Of a stretch of 64,000 nucleotides of DNA, positions 19,261 to 29,429 are shown one piece after another; position 1 is the first letter of the stretch; every line of letters begins with the position of its first letter. Origin of the DNA: Terriglobia bacterium (GTDB lineage: Bacteria > Acidobacteriota > Terriglobia > 20CM-2-55-15). The stretch spans positions 608,001-672,000 of the forward strand of contig CAXWPJ010000002.1 in assembly GCA_963664115.2 (NCBI GenBank). Reading direction: 5' to 3'. The notes beneath the pieces were generated by a model. That model was not told the origin of the DNA. It ran no database searches and saw only the letters and a program-made list of their open reading frames with translations. The position numbers and the translations under genes were made by a program.

Positions 19261-20808
19261 ATGTACGGGCGGCATTTTCTTGTTGAGGCCTCCACTGCCT
19301 CTAAGGTCGTTGCGGCCGGGCTGACCGGAGCACTGCTTGTCCTGGCTCTTCCGAAGCCCGACCTGTACTACCTGTCCTGGCTTGCGTTTGTTCCTCTACT
19401 GTTGGCCCTCTCACCTGAAGATTCGATACTGAAGACATTTGGTATTGGATACGCTGCGGGTCTGGTTTTCTTCAGCGGAAGTTGCTACTGGATCGTCGAG
19501 ACGATGGCGACGTACGGAGGGCTACCCCTGGGGACGTCTCTGGCCGTTTTTGCACTCTTTGTTTCTGTCTTTGCCCTCCATACGGCCCTGTTCGCAGTGT
19601 TGCTGCAACCCCAACTGGCACGCTTCGGACATTGGGGCCTGCTGTTGGCCGCACCCACGTGGGTAGCGGTTGAACTGATACAGACCTATGCGATATTCGG
19701 CGGCTTCCCCTGGATGCTCGTGGGCTATGCCCTTGCGCCATTCACGGGCCTCCTTCAGGTCGTGACGATTACCGGGGTCTACGGACTGTCGTTTCTGCTG
19801 GTCGCGGTGGGCTCGCTCCTGGCGCTCAGTCTCCGGGCAAACAATACCAAGCTCGTCGGTATCGCCGCCGGTATCATGCTGATCGCCAACTTCGTGCCGG
19901 CCCCTCAAGGCGGCCCGCCCGATGAACCCCTGTCGGTTCGCATCGTGCAGACCAACATCGACATCGAGCAGTCCTGGGAAAGTAGCGCTCGAGAGCAGTT
20001 GATGGACGCACTGCATAGCTTGACGGTGCGGGCGCCGGCGAATCCGGATCTGGTGATCTGGCCTGAGACACCGTCGCCGTTTTATCTGGGGCACGATGCA
20101 GAGTTTCGTTACCGGATGGGAGCGATCGCAAGGGCACTCGACGCGCATTTCCTCTTGGGATATATCGATTTCGACGACGAAAAGCCGTCCAACAGTGTGG
20201 GTGTCATTTCGCCAGCCGGAGAACAGATGTCCCGTTATAACAAGATCCATCTGGTGCCGTTTGGCGAGTACGTTCCGCTCGGGAGTATTCTTTTTTTCGC
20301 ACAGTCCCTCACCCGCAACGTGGGTGATTTTGTGCCCGGATCGGACTTCACACTCACCTCAGTGGGCGATCACCGGATCGCATCAACGATATGTTATGAA
20401 GACGTGTTTCCCGGACTGATGCGGCAGTTCACCCGGCGCGGCGCCGAGGCCATCGTCAACGTTACCAACGACGGCTGGTTCGGCGCGACCTCAGCGCCAT
20501 ACCAGCATCTTCGAATGTCGATTGTTCGAGCGGTCGAGAATCGGCGCTATATTATCCGCGGTGCCAATACGGGTATCAGTGCGATCATAGATCCTTATGG
20601 GAGCGTTGTTTCCCGGACTGAGTTGGGAGAAAGGACCGTTCTTGACGGCGTGGCCGGTTATCGTTCCGATCTGACGTTCTATGTGCGTTTCGGTGATGTG
20701 TTTGCATATTTGGCAGCGACAATGGCTGGAGTGGCGCTGCTGATGGCGAGGGGAACGAGACCGGCCGGGAAGCGACCTGGCGCTAAGCTAAAGGAAGAAT
20801 CGATATGA
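19261..20808 (+). CDS. lnt: Apolipoprotein N-acyltransferase
   Basis: GGFPW, WPET, YNKIHLVPFGEY, ICYE (E-K-C triad), TNDGWF, RAVENRR. Confidence 0.96.
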   Translation: MYGRHFLVEASTASKVVAAGLTGALLVLALPKPDLYYLSWLAFVPLLLALSPEDSILKTFGIGYAAGLVFFSGSCYWIVETMATYGGLPLGTSLAVFALFVSVFALHTALFAVLLQPQLARFGHWGLLLAAPTWVAVELIQTYAIFGGFPWMLVGYALAPFTGLLQVVTITGVYGLSFLLVAVGSLLALSLRANNTKLVGIAAGIMLIANFVPAPQGGPPDEPLSVRIVQTNIDIEQSWESSAREQLMDALHSLTVRAPANPDLVIWPETPSPFYLGHDAEFRYRMGAIARALDAHFLLGYIDFDDEKPSNSVGVISPAGEQMSRYNKIHLVPFGEYVPLGSILFFAQSLTRNVGDFVPGSDFTLTSVGDHRIASTICYEDVFPGLMRQFTRRGAEAIVNVTNDGWFGATSAPYQHLRMSIVRAVENRRYIIRGANTGISAIIDPYGSVVSRTELGERTVLDGVAGYRSDLTFYVRFGDVFAYLAATMAGVALLMARGTRPAGKRPGAKLKEESI

Positions 20809-21915
20809 ATGATGAACTCCTGGAACGATTTTCCCACCTCAAGGACAGAAGTCAGGAAATACGGAGGTTCCTTTGACTCGCCTGCCAAGCAGAAACGTAT
20901 CGACGAGTTCGAAAAGACCATAGCCGCGCCCGATTTCTGGTCCGACCAGGAGCGATCCACCGACCTACTCCGTCAGAAAGCCCGCCTGGACGAAAGCATC
21001 GAATTAGACAGCAAGATCAGAGCTTATGTCGAAGATGGGGAAGCGCTGGCCGAGTTGGCGCGTGAGGGTGAGGACGTTGGCGAAGAACTTCCCGAGTTCA
21101 TGGAACAACTTACCGAACTCGTGGAACGTGTTGAATTCCAGATGCTGCTCGGCAGGGAAAACGATCGGTTAAATGGGATTGTCTCGATCCACCCGGGCGC
21201 TGGCGGAACCGAAGCGCAGGACTGGGCGGCTATGCTGATGCGAATGTACCTGCGGTGGGCGGAAAAAGGGGGCTATAAGACCGAGATTCTGGACTATCAG
21301 GATGGAGAGGAAGCCGGGTTGAAATCGGTGACGTTCACTGTTTCGGGCGACTACGCGTACGGATATCTGTCCAACGAAACAGGGGTTCACCGTCTTGTTC
21401 GTATTTCGCCGTTCGATGCGACCAAACGGCGGCATACCTCTTTTGCCTCGGTTTCCGTCTATCCGGAGATCGACGATCAGGTGGAAGTGGACATTGACGA
21501 CAAAGACCTGCGGATCGATACCTACCGTTCCAGCGGTGCCGGTGGTCAGCACGTCAACGTCACGGATTCCGCTGTACGTATCACGCACATCCCAACCGGC
21601 ATCGTCGTGCAATGCCAGAACCAGCGGTCCCAACATAAGAATCGTTCTGTGGCATTGAAGCTTCTTCGGGCGCGAATTTACGAGAAGGAACTGGAACGCA
21701 AACGGGCTGAGGCTCAGGCTGTTGAGGACAGCAAGCTCGACAATGCCTGGGGCAGCCAAATCCGTTCCTACGTCCTCGCTCCCTACCGTATGGTCAAGGA
21801 CCATCGGACCAAGAAGGAAATGGGTGACGTCGATCGGGTCCTCGACGGCGATCTGGAAGGATTCATCAATGCTGCCCTCCAATGGAGAGTGAACCCGAAA
21901 AGAAGTGATAGGTGA
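20805..21915 (+). CDS. prfB: Peptide chain release factor 2, programmed +1 frameshift
   Basis: ATG 20805 reads MNDELLERFSHLKDRSQEIRRFL to CTT TGA C (20871-20877) with GGAGG at 20863-20867; +1 frame continues DSPAK... with SPF and GGQ motifs. Confidence 0.97.
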
Positions 21916-21919
21916 GCAA

Positions 21920-21990
21920 GAAGGTGACGCACACTTCATGCGACATTGTGGCCTGGCGAGTGTATATCGGCTGAAGTGTCCGTCCCCTTC
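21920..21990. mobile_element. 71-bp MITE/REP-like palindromic element, copy 2
   Basis: GAAGGTGACGCACACTTCA...TGAAGTGTCCGTCCCCTTC; same length and near-identical core to 16426-16496. Confidence 0.8.
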
Positions 21991-22005
21991 GTGGGCCCGA
22001 CGCTA

Positions 22006-24096
22006 ATGAATACCCTTCATCTTGATTCCGAAATCCAGTACGTCAAAGGCGTCGGTCCGAAAAGGGGGGCGTTGTTGAGAGCCCGGGGTATTCACACGGT
22101 TCAGGATCTGCTGCTGCGATTTCCCCGCCGTTACGAAGACCGCAGCCGTCTGGCCTCTCTCGATACCCTAGTCACCGGTCAAACCGCCACGTTATTGGCC
22201 AAAGTCTACAGCGTCCGCTTGATTTCCACCCGGTCGAGGGGCGGTATTCTTGATGTCGTCCTGACCGATGGTGTGACCTATGGTCATGCAAAATGGTTCA
22301 ATGGCGGCTCACTCTACCGACAAAAGAAGTTCGTCCCCGGTATGGCCCTCGTCCTGACGGGTAAGGGTGAGGTGGACAAGTACGATCAGGGGATCGTTCT
22401 GTTTAATCCTGAATTCGAGGTCCTCCCCGAAGGAGAGCCCACCGCCCCGGACGGGTTGGGCCGCTATGTTCCGATCTATGAGGAGGTGTCCGGCATTTCG
22501 AGTCGTCAGCTGCGCAGCATCGTGTTGGCTGCATTCGGAAGCCTGTCGGACACGCTCGAGGACCCGCTGCCCGTAGAGATGCGTTCGCGTTACAGCCTGC
22601 CGGGTCTTAGAACCTCACTGGAAGCGTTACACCAACCGACCCTCGACGATGACATCGACTTGCTCAACCGGCGGCGTTCCCCCTATCACCGCCGATTTAT
22701 TTTCGAGGAATTCCTGCTCCTCGAATTGACGCTGGCGCTTCGCAGACATCACTTGCGTTCGACTGTCGGTGTTCGGTTTCGAACGAACCCACACATTCGG
22801 GAGCGGATCAAGGAGATCCTCCCCTTCCATCCCACTGCGGCTCAGAAGCGCGTTTTCGCCGAGATCGTTGACGACTTGAGAGCCTCTCATCCGATGAACC
22901 GTCTGCTGCAAGGGGATGTGGGTTCGGGAAAGACGCTGGTAGCGTTCGAAACCATCGTCGTGGCCGTCGAAAACGGTTATCAGGCAGCCATGATGGCGCC
23001 GACAGAAATCCTGGCCGAGCAACACTACATCAGCGCCCGACGCATTCTGGAGCCCCTCGGATACAAGGTGGCCCTTCTCAGGAAGGGTGTGGGAAAAGAC
23101 CAGCCGGATTTACTCGCCGAGCTCAGAGGCGGCAGGATTCATCTGGCGATCGGGACACACGCGCTTCTTGAGGATGCCGCCGCGTTTTCGCGTCTGGGAC
23201 TGGTCGTCATTGATGAACAGCACCGCTTTGGTGTGATGCAGCGTCTTCGCCTGATGGAGAAGGGACAGAGCCCGAACACTCTCGTCATGACGGCGACTCC
23301 GATACCGCGCACTCTTGCGATGACGTTTTATGGGGATCTAGATGTTTCCGTGATCGATGAGATGCCCCCGGGGCGAACACCCATTCGAACCGTTCACATC
23401 GGGGAGGGTCGACGGGGGTATGCCGAGAAATTACTGAAACAGGAGTTGGAGAAGGGCAGGCAATGCTACGTCGTATATCCGCTGATCGAGGAGTCGGAGA
23501 AAATAGACCTCCGCTCAGCCACCGAGGGCTACGGTCAACTCGCGGATATATTCGGAAGTGAGCGTGTGGGTCTCCTGCATGGACGCTTGAAGGGAGAGGA
23601 AAAAGAGGCGATCATGCGCGCTTTCAATGCAGGAGATATTGGAATCCTCGTATCGACCACCGTCGTGGAGGTGGGTGTCGACGTTCCCAACGCGACACTG
23701 ATGTTAATCGAGCATGCCGAACGGTTCGGGATGGCACAGCTACATCAACTGAGGGGACGGGTCGGGCGCGGAACGGAGGCGTCTCATTGTGTCCTGATGA
23801 CACCGGACCGTATTGGCGGCGTCGCCCGTGAACGTGTGCGTGCGGTTGCTGCCACTACCGATGGTTTTCGGCTTGCCGAAACAGACTTGCGTTTGAGGGG
23901 GCCGGGAGAACTCGCCGGGACGCGGCAGTCGGGTCTCCCTGAGTTTCTTCTGGCCGATCTTGTAGAGGACGTGGATATCCTGGTTGAGGCGCGGGGAGAG
24001 GCCGAGCGATGGGTCCGGGATGCCCCCCGGAGGGACAAACTGATTGCCGACCTGGGCCGGCGGGCGGGCGCCTCGAGTCTGGCTACAGTGGGTTGA
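22006..24096 (+). CDS. recG: ATP-dependent DNA helicase RecG
   Basis: VKGVGPK, RLLQGDVGSGKT, APTEILAEQH, IDEQHRFG, MTATPIPRTL, QLHQLRGRVGRG; start set at ATG 22006. Confidence 0.97.
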   Translation: MNTLHLDSEIQYVKGVGPKRGALLRARGIHTVQDLLLRFPRRYEDRSRLASLDTLVTGQTATLLAKVYSVRLISTRSRGGILDVVLTDGVTYGHAKWFNGGSLYRQKKFVPGMALVLTGKGEVDKYDQGIVLFNPEFEVLPEGEPTAPDGLGRYVPIYEEVSGISSRQLRSIVLAAFGSLSDTLEDPLPVEMRSRYSLPGLRTSLEALHQPTLDDDIDLLNRRRSPYHRRFIFEEFLLLELTLALRRHHLRSTVGVRFRTNPHIRERIKEILPFHPTAAQKRVFAEIVDDLRASHPMNRLLQGDVGSGKTLVAFETIVVAVENGYQAAMMAPTEILAEQHYISARRILEPLGYKVALLRKGVGKDQPDLLAELRGGRIHLAIGTHALLEDAAAFSRLGLVVIDEQHRFGVMQRLRLMEKGQSPNTLVMTATPIPRTLAMTFYGDLDVSVIDEMPPGRTPIRTVHIGEGRRGYAEKLLKQELEKGRQCYVVYPLIEESEKIDLRSATEGYGQLADIFGSERVGLLHGRLKGEEKEAIMRAFNAGDIGILVSTTVVEVGVDVPNATLMLIEHAERFGMAQLHQLRGRVGRGTEASHCVLMTPDRIGGVARERVRAVAATTDGFRLAETDLRLRGPGELAGTRQSGLPEFLLADLVEDVDILVEARGEAERWVRDAPRRDKLIADLGRRAGASSLATVG

Positions 24097-24205
24097 GAGC
24101 CAGTTAAAGGTTTGATGTTCAGAGTTCACCACTCTTTACTTCTGACTCTCGACTTTCGGCTTCTACTGTTTCCTGAAGAGTGGTTCCTGAAGAAATGACC
24201 AGCCG

Positions 24206-24766
24206 ATGAGAATTATCGCCGGCCAATACAAGAGTCGCCGCCTGAAGGCGGGCCCTTCAGAGGGAACCCGGCCTACGAACGACAAGCTTCGGGAAACCGT
24301 GTTTAACATTCTGGGGGATCGCGTAATAGAATCAGTATTTCTGGATGCTTACGCAGGAGTGGGTGCGATAGGGATCGAGGCGATCAGCCGGGGTGCCCGG
24401 TCGGTGTACTTCGTCGATCACCGAACGCATGCGTGTGCGGCGATTCGCACCAACCTTGAGTCCCTGAACGTCGAAGCGGAGTGCCGTGTCCTGCGGATGG
24501 AGTTCGGCGAAGCATTTAGCCTTTGTCTTCGTGAAGGGGCCGGTTTCGATATCGTGTTTCTCGATCCGCCCTACGAGAGGGAGGACCTCTATCGACGCGA
24601 CCTGGAACGCCTGGGTGCGGATTCCTTGTTGAGAAAAGGGGCGATCGTTGTCACTGAACATTTGCGCTCGGTTGAAATGCCCGCTAACATTCCCGGGCTT
24701 GTCCACTTACGGACGCACCCTCAGGGGGACAGCACCTTGACTTTCTACGAACCGGAGAGCGCGTGA
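24206..24766 (+). CDS. rsmD: 16S rRNA m2G966 methyltransferase
   Basis: MRIIAG, TRPT, FLDAYAGVG, EAISRGA, FLDPPY; upstream of coaD. Confidence 0.93.
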   Translation: MRIIAGQYKSRRLKAGPSEGTRPTNDKLRETVFNILGDRVIESVFLDAYAGVGAIGIEAISRGARSVYFVDHRTHACAAIRTNLESLNVEAECRVLRMEFGEAFSLCLREGAGFDIVFLDPPYEREDLYRRDLERLGADSLLRKGAIVVTEHLRSVEMPANIPGLVHLRTHPQGDSTLTFYEPESA

Positions 24767-25251
24767 AGCGAACGAGTGCGATGTATCCGGGGACTTTCGA
24801 CCCGGTGACCAACGGGCACCTGGATATCATCGAGAGAAGCAGTAAGCTGTTCGGCCAGGTGATCGTGGCTATTCTTGTGAACCCCCAGAAGGAACCCCTG
24901 TTTTCCTCAGAGGAAAGAGCCGAACTCATTCGGAAGTCGATCCCGGACGGGATTTCCAATGTGGAGGTGGCCGGCTTTCAGGGATTGCTGGTCGATTACG
25001 CGAAAGAAAGACAGGCGGACGTAATCATTCGTGGCATCCGCGCGGTTTCCGACTACGAATACGAACTTCAAATGGCACTGATGAACCGGCGCCTCCGGCC
25101 TGAGATCGAAACGTTTTTCATGCTACCGGCAGAAAATTATTCCTATCTGAGCTCGCGTTTGGTTTGCGAGATCGCCGAGCACTCCGGATCCATCGAAGGC
25201 TTGGTTCCCGCCGCTGTTGAGAAAGCTTTAAAGGACATTTTCGCGAAGTAG
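24763..25251 (+). CDS. coaD: Pantetheine-phosphate adenylyltransferase
   Basis: YPGTFDPVTNGHLDII, RGIRAVSDYEYE, LSSRLV. Confidence 0.97.
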   Translation: MKRTSAMYPGTFDPVTNGHLDIIERSSKLFGQVIVAILVNPQKEPLFSSEERAELIRKSIPDGISNVEVAGFQGLLVDYAKERQADVIIRGIRAVSDYEYELQMALMNRRLRPEIETFFMLPAENYSYLSSRLVCEIAEHSGSIEGLVPAAVEKALKDIFAK

Positions 25252-25285
25252 TGCAGGGACAGATCACTCGAGGACAGTAGAGAAC

Positions 25286-26467
25286 ATGGGGCTGAAATTA
25301 ACGCAGAGAATATCCCGCATATCGGCGTCGCAAACCATGGCGGTCGCAGAAACTGCAACCCGGCTGCGCGAACAGGGTCTGGATGTCGTGGATCTCAGCG
25401 CGGGTGAGCCTGATTTCCCAACACCGGAAAATATCAAGCAAGCGGGGATTCGCGCGATCGAGGCAAACTTCAGCAAGTACACGGCCGCGAGTGGAATAGC
25501 CGAGCTGAAGCAAGCGGTCATCGACCGTCATAGTCAGGATTTCGGTTCCTCTTACAGCACCTCGGAAGTCATGCTCAACGTTGGAGCGAAACACTCCATA
25601 TTCAACGTGTTCTCGGCCCTGGTCGAACACGGCGACGAGATCGTGATTCCCACGCCCTACTGGGTGACTTTCGCCGACGTGGCCCGCTACGTGGGGGGGC
25701 AGCCCGTTTTTGTCGAAACACTCGAAGATCACGGGTTTCGCCTGACCTTCGACATGGTAGAGGCTGCGATTACCCCGAAGACCCGACTGCTGGTGGTAAA
25801 CTCGCCCAGCAATCCCAGCGGTGCTGTTCTAGACGACGACGAGTTCGTTCGTATTGCCGGCCTGTGTCAGGACAGAGGTGTCGTTCTCCTCTCGGACGAG
25901 TGCTACGCCTACTTCCTGTACGAAGGCCGGCAGCCGTTTTCGATCGCTTCCCATTCGGAATTCAAGGACACTGTCGTCATCGTTGGGTCGGTCTCTAAGA
26001 CTTATGCGATGACGGGATGGAGGGTTGGTTTCGTCCTGGGGGACGTCGCGCTGATCAAGGGAATCAGCAAGCTTCAGAGTCATTCCACGTCGAATCCGAC
26101 TTCGATTGCCCAGAAAGCTGCTGTAGAAGCATTCCGGGGATCCCAGGAATCGGTCGGTGGGATGCTGGCCGAGTACAGCCGGCGCCGCCGATACGTCGTG
26201 GACCGGCTCCGGGCCATTCCTGGATTTCGATGTCAGGAACCGGGTGGTGCGTTTTACGCGTATCCGAACGTTTCAGCGGCGTTTCAGCGAGGCGTCAAGA
26301 ACATCGTTGATTTCTCCGTCCAGCTGCTTGAGAATAAGCAAGTGGCGGTCGTTCCCGGCGTTGCATTTGGCACAACAGAACACGTTCGCATATCCTACGC
26401 CGCCTCAATGGAAAACCTAGAAAAGGCGCTCGACCGGATTGAAGAGTTCATGATGGAACTCGGCTGA
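25286..26467 (+). CDS. PLP-dependent aminotransferase class I (aspartate aminotransferase-like)
   Basis: GEPDF, NSPSNPSG, SDECY, SVSKTYAMTGWRVG, PGGAFY. Confidence 0.95.
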   Translation: MGLKLTQRISRISASQTMAVAETATRLREQGLDVVDLSAGEPDFPTPENIKQAGIRAIEANFSKYTAASGIAELKQAVIDRHSQDFGSSYSTSEVMLNVGAKHSIFNVFSALVEHGDEIVIPTPYWVTFADVARYVGGQPVFVETLEDHGFRLTFDMVEAAITPKTRLLVVNSPSNPSGAVLDDDEFVRIAGLCQDRGVVLLSDECYAYFLYEGRQPFSIASHSEFKDTVVIVGSVSKTYAMTGWRVGFVLGDVALIKGISKLQSHSTSNPTSIAQKAAVEAFRGSQESVGGMLAEYSRRRRYVVDRLRAIPGFRCQEPGGAFYAYPNVSAAFQRGVKNIVDFSVQLLENKQVAVVPGVAFGTTEHVRISYAASMENLEKALDRIEEFMMELG

Positions 26468-26564
26468 AGAAAATCAGACAATCGTGGCAGAGGGTGTAGT
26501 CTTTATATTATCGTTAGCTTGGAAATTTCAAATCACCAGTGTTTCCAGGAAGGGGAGAATCAAC

Positions 26565-27182
26565 ATGATTAGAATGCGTTTCGTTATTGGTGTGATCGCG
26601 GTTACTTTGCTGAGCTCAGGGCTTGCCCTCGCCCAGCAGGATCCGATGACCTTCTTCGTCACGAGCCAGGGCCCTGGCGAGGGCAGCGACTTCGGTGGTT
26701 TAGCTGGAGCCGACGCGCACTGTCAGATGCTCGCCGCTGATGAGGATGCCGGTGACCGCACCTGGCGTGCCTACCTCAGCACCCAGGGTCCGAATGCCGT
26801 CAATGCGCGTGACCGTATCGGCACGGGGCCATGGCATAACGCCCAGGGCGTCCTCGTGGGTGCCGACGTCGATGAGATGCACGGCATGGGGCATCGGTTT
26901 AATTTCTCGAGGATGCTCGACGAGGGCGGCAATCTGATCCCCGGTGGAGGATACTCGCCGAACCGGCATGACGTCCTGACGGGCTCGCAGGCCGACGGTA
27001 CGGCTTTTGCGGCAGGCGAAGACATGACCTGCAATAACTGGACTAGCAGCAGTGACGGAAAAGCCAGGATCGGTCACCATGACCGCGCAGCCTGGAATTC
27101 AGCCCACGATAGCCGTGGTTGCAGTCAGGAACAGTTGCGGTCTTCTGGCGGCGACGGCTTGTTTTATTGTTTCGCCCAGTAG
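26565..27182 (+). CDS. Secreted lectin-like protein (endostatin/C-type lectin fold)
   Basis: Signal peptide; FFVTS, GGLAGADAHCQ, TWRAYLS, NARDRIGTGPW, HDVLTGS, TCNNWTS, LFYCFA. Confidence 0.8.
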   Translation: MIRMRFVIGVIAVTLLSSGLALAQQDPMTFFVTSQGPGEGSDFGGLAGADAHCQMLAADEDAGDRTWRAYLSTQGPNAVNARDRIGTGPWHNAQGVLVGADVDEMHGMGHRFNFSRMLDEGGNLIPGGGYSPNRHDVLTGSQADGTAFAAGEDMTCNNWTSSSDGKARIGHHDRAAWNSAHDSRGCSQEQLRSSGGDGLFYCFAQ

Positions 27183-27221
27183 GCTGACGGACCGGCTCGA
27201 GGTTCGGTCACTTGATCATTC

Positions 27222-27287
27222 TCAACACGAAGGCACGATGGAACACGCAGAAATCAGGACTTCGTGTTCTTCGTGCCTTCGTGTTGA
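27222..27287. repeat. CACGAAG-type REP-like inverted repeat overlapping the mutY 3' end
   Basis: TCAACACGAAGGCACGA (27222-27238) / TCGTGCCTTCGTGTTGA (27271-27287), perfect 17-bp arms, between convergent genes. Confidence 0.85.
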
Positions 27288-28249
27288 AAGATTTCATAGA
27301 TCTTCCGGGTCAGTGATGTGACGGGAAGAGCGTCAAACTGTACGCGTTTGCAGCCCGGGCGGCGTCCGAGTTTGCCGCGGTAGACCTGAACATGGACCCT
27401 GTGGTGTGTGATCGCATGGCGCGTCGTACCGATCAGCTCGAAGGATCCTGCGGGTGCCTCCGGGAAAGAAGGGAATTCCCAGAGCCCATCGGTCTCACGC
27501 ATGAGGATGCCCCGCTGATTGCTGTCGATCACTGCGTGGAGGTCGACTCGGATCGTTTCAGGTCTCTTCCTTGGCCGAGGGATGTCTTCCTGCGCTCCGG
27601 TACGGTACGCCTTACAGATCTTATTCCAGGGACACGCTGAGCATCGAGGTGCTCGAGGCGTGCAGACGGTCGCTCCAAGTTCCATCATCGCTTGATTCAC
27701 GACGCGCGGTTCGCCTGAGTGTGCCACCGCGTCGGCTGCCTCCCAGAGGGTTTTGTCCTTTACCTCTTCCCATCCATTGACCCGGGACAACACACGGCGC
27801 ACATTGCCGTCCACGATCGGATACGGTTCGTTGAAGGCAATACTCATAAGGGCTCCAGCCATGTAACGGCCGATGCCGGGAAGTTGGAGCAGCGCGGCAT
27901 GGGAATCGGGCAGTTCGCCTCCGTGCTCGTCCATGACCTGTGCGGCCGCGGCTCTGAAGTTGCGTGCGCGGCTGTAATAACCCAGTCCGGACCAGAGCCC
28001 GAGAACTTCGGCTTCGCTCGAACGGGCCAGAATTTCGATTGTGGGGAAGCGAGCGAGAAAGCGTTCGTAGTAAGGCAGGGCGGTATCGACCTGCGTCTGC
28101 TGCAACATCACTTCTGAAACCCAGACATGGTAGGGATCGTAGCTCTTACGCCACGGCAGCTGACGGTGCATCTTCCTGAACCAGTCTTCGAGAGACCGGG
28201 TCGCAGATTGTGAAGGGGTCGGTTTACGTTGCCGCGAGTTCGTTCTCAC
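27254..28249 (-). CDS. mutY: A/G-specific adenine glycosylase
   Basis: LPWR, SEVMLQQT, WSGLGYYSRARN, LPGIGRY, VDGNVRRV, CxxxxxxCxxCxxxxxC Fe-S motif. Confidence 0.96.
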   Translation of the reverse strand: MRTNSRQRKPTPSQSATRSLEDWFRKMHRQLPWRKSYDPYHVWVSEVMLQQTQVDTALPYYERFLARFPTIEILARSSEAEVLGLWSGLGYYSRARNFRAAAAQVMDEHGGELPDSHAALLQLPGIGRYMAGALMSIAFNEPYPIVDGNVRRVLSRVNGWEEVKDKTLWEAADAVAHSGEPRVVNQAMMELGATVCTPRAPRCSACPWNKICKAYRTGAQEDIPRPRKRPETIRVDLHAVIDSNQRGILMRETDGLWEFPSFPEAPAGSFELIGTTRHAITHHRVHVQVYRGKLGRRPGCKRVQFDALPVTSLTRKIYEIFQHEGTKNTKS

Positions 28250-29366
28250 GCGTCTCGGCAGAGTCTTTCAAGTCCTGTTCTACTTTCTTGATCTGCACCA
28301 GATGCTGCGGGTTGAAGGCGAGGGAAGGATAATAGCAGTTGCTTTCGTGTGTGCAGAAGCAACCGTCGGCAACTTCCTCCCGGCGGGCATCCATGGCGGG
28401 TGAGTACCACAACTTCGAGAAATCCCAGTCGTAATCCCGAAGATTGCCCACGGGTTTGAGGATCTCACAACTGGAAACCGTTCCCTCGTCGTAAATGACG
28501 CCACCGGCATCTCCGGCGAAACATCGGAGCTGTGGCCGGCCTTCCAAAGCTGTTTTCGCGATCAACTCGTGCATATAGACGTCGATGGCCGCTTTGAAGA
28601 AACCTGCATCTCCCGAGTAGCTGTTCTTGAGTGCAGCGTGCGCGGAATCCTGACCGATCTGTTTCGTCAAGTTGTAGTAGCGGGTGATGTCGATATCAAG
28701 CTCTGTGGGAACGGCTGATGGCGGCCGGATGTAGTTGACGTTCACTTTGTCCGGTTTGAGGTCGTTCTTCAGGAAGTCGTACCAGTCGAAGATGCGGTCC
28801 TGATTGCTGTTCATGAAACACGTGCAGGTCTGAATGTCCAGGCGAGGCGTATCCACCTTGATTTCCTGAAGCCGACGGGCCGTGTCGATCGCGATGTCCC
28901 AGCTGCCTGGCTTCTGACGGATTTTCTCGTGATCTTCTTTCAATCCATCAATGCCCAGCGCGACCGTCACGTTAAGGTTCGGGCACTCGTCAAGGATGCG
29001 GGCAACGTCGGGCAATATGCGCTGCTGAATTTGCCCGTTCGACATGAGATAGATCGATTCGAGTCGATTGTTTTCGTAGAAAGCGCGCGCGATTTCCGGA
29101 AGGTCCCGCCGAGTGAACGGCTCACCACCGGCGATGACCAGCACACCGAGGTTTGCGCCGAGGGTTTCGCTGATGCGCTCCAGCTCATGGGTCTTCATCT
29201 GATTCTTCTTACGGGGTTTGTCATTGAGTTCGTCCGTGAAGAAGCAGTGGATGCACCGCATGTCACAGACCGAGGTGACAAGTATGTTCAGCAGAATCGG
29301 GGCAAACGGGCGCCCTGTCACCATTCGGGTGTATCGCTTCAGGATTTCCTTGTTGTGAAAGTCCAT
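28224..29366 (-). CDS. Radical SAM protein with C-terminal SPASM/twitch-like Cys domain
   Basis: CDMRCIHC, GGEP, later CFAG...CE...CFCTHES. Confidence 0.9.
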   Translation of the reverse strand: MDFHNKEILKRYTRMVTGRPFAPILLNILVTSVCDMRCIHCFFTDELNDKPRKKNQMKTHELERISETLGANLGVLVIAGGEPFTRRDLPEIARAFYENNRLESIYLMSNGQIQQRILPDVARILDECPNLNVTVALGIDGLKEDHEKIRQKPGSWDIAIDTARRLQEIKVDTPRLDIQTCTCFMNSNQDRIFDWYDFLKNDLKPDKVNVNYIRPPSAVPTELDIDITRYYNLTKQIGQDSAHAALKNSYSGDAGFFKAAIDVYMHELIAKTALEGRPQLRCFAGDAGGVIYDEGTVSSCEILKPVGNLRDYDWDFSKLWYSPAMDARREEVADGCFCTHESNCYYPSLAFNPQHLVQIKKVEQDLKDSAETRENELAAT

Positions 29367-29429
29367 AATTGCGCTTTCAGATTTCAGACTGCAGATGCGG
29401 TCCCTCTAGCGTTTCGAGTATACAGGCTG

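Noticed and set aside
20809-20874. ORF-track N-terminus of RF2 (MMNSWNDF...)
   Set aside because: Explained by the programmed frameshift; the real start is ATG 20805
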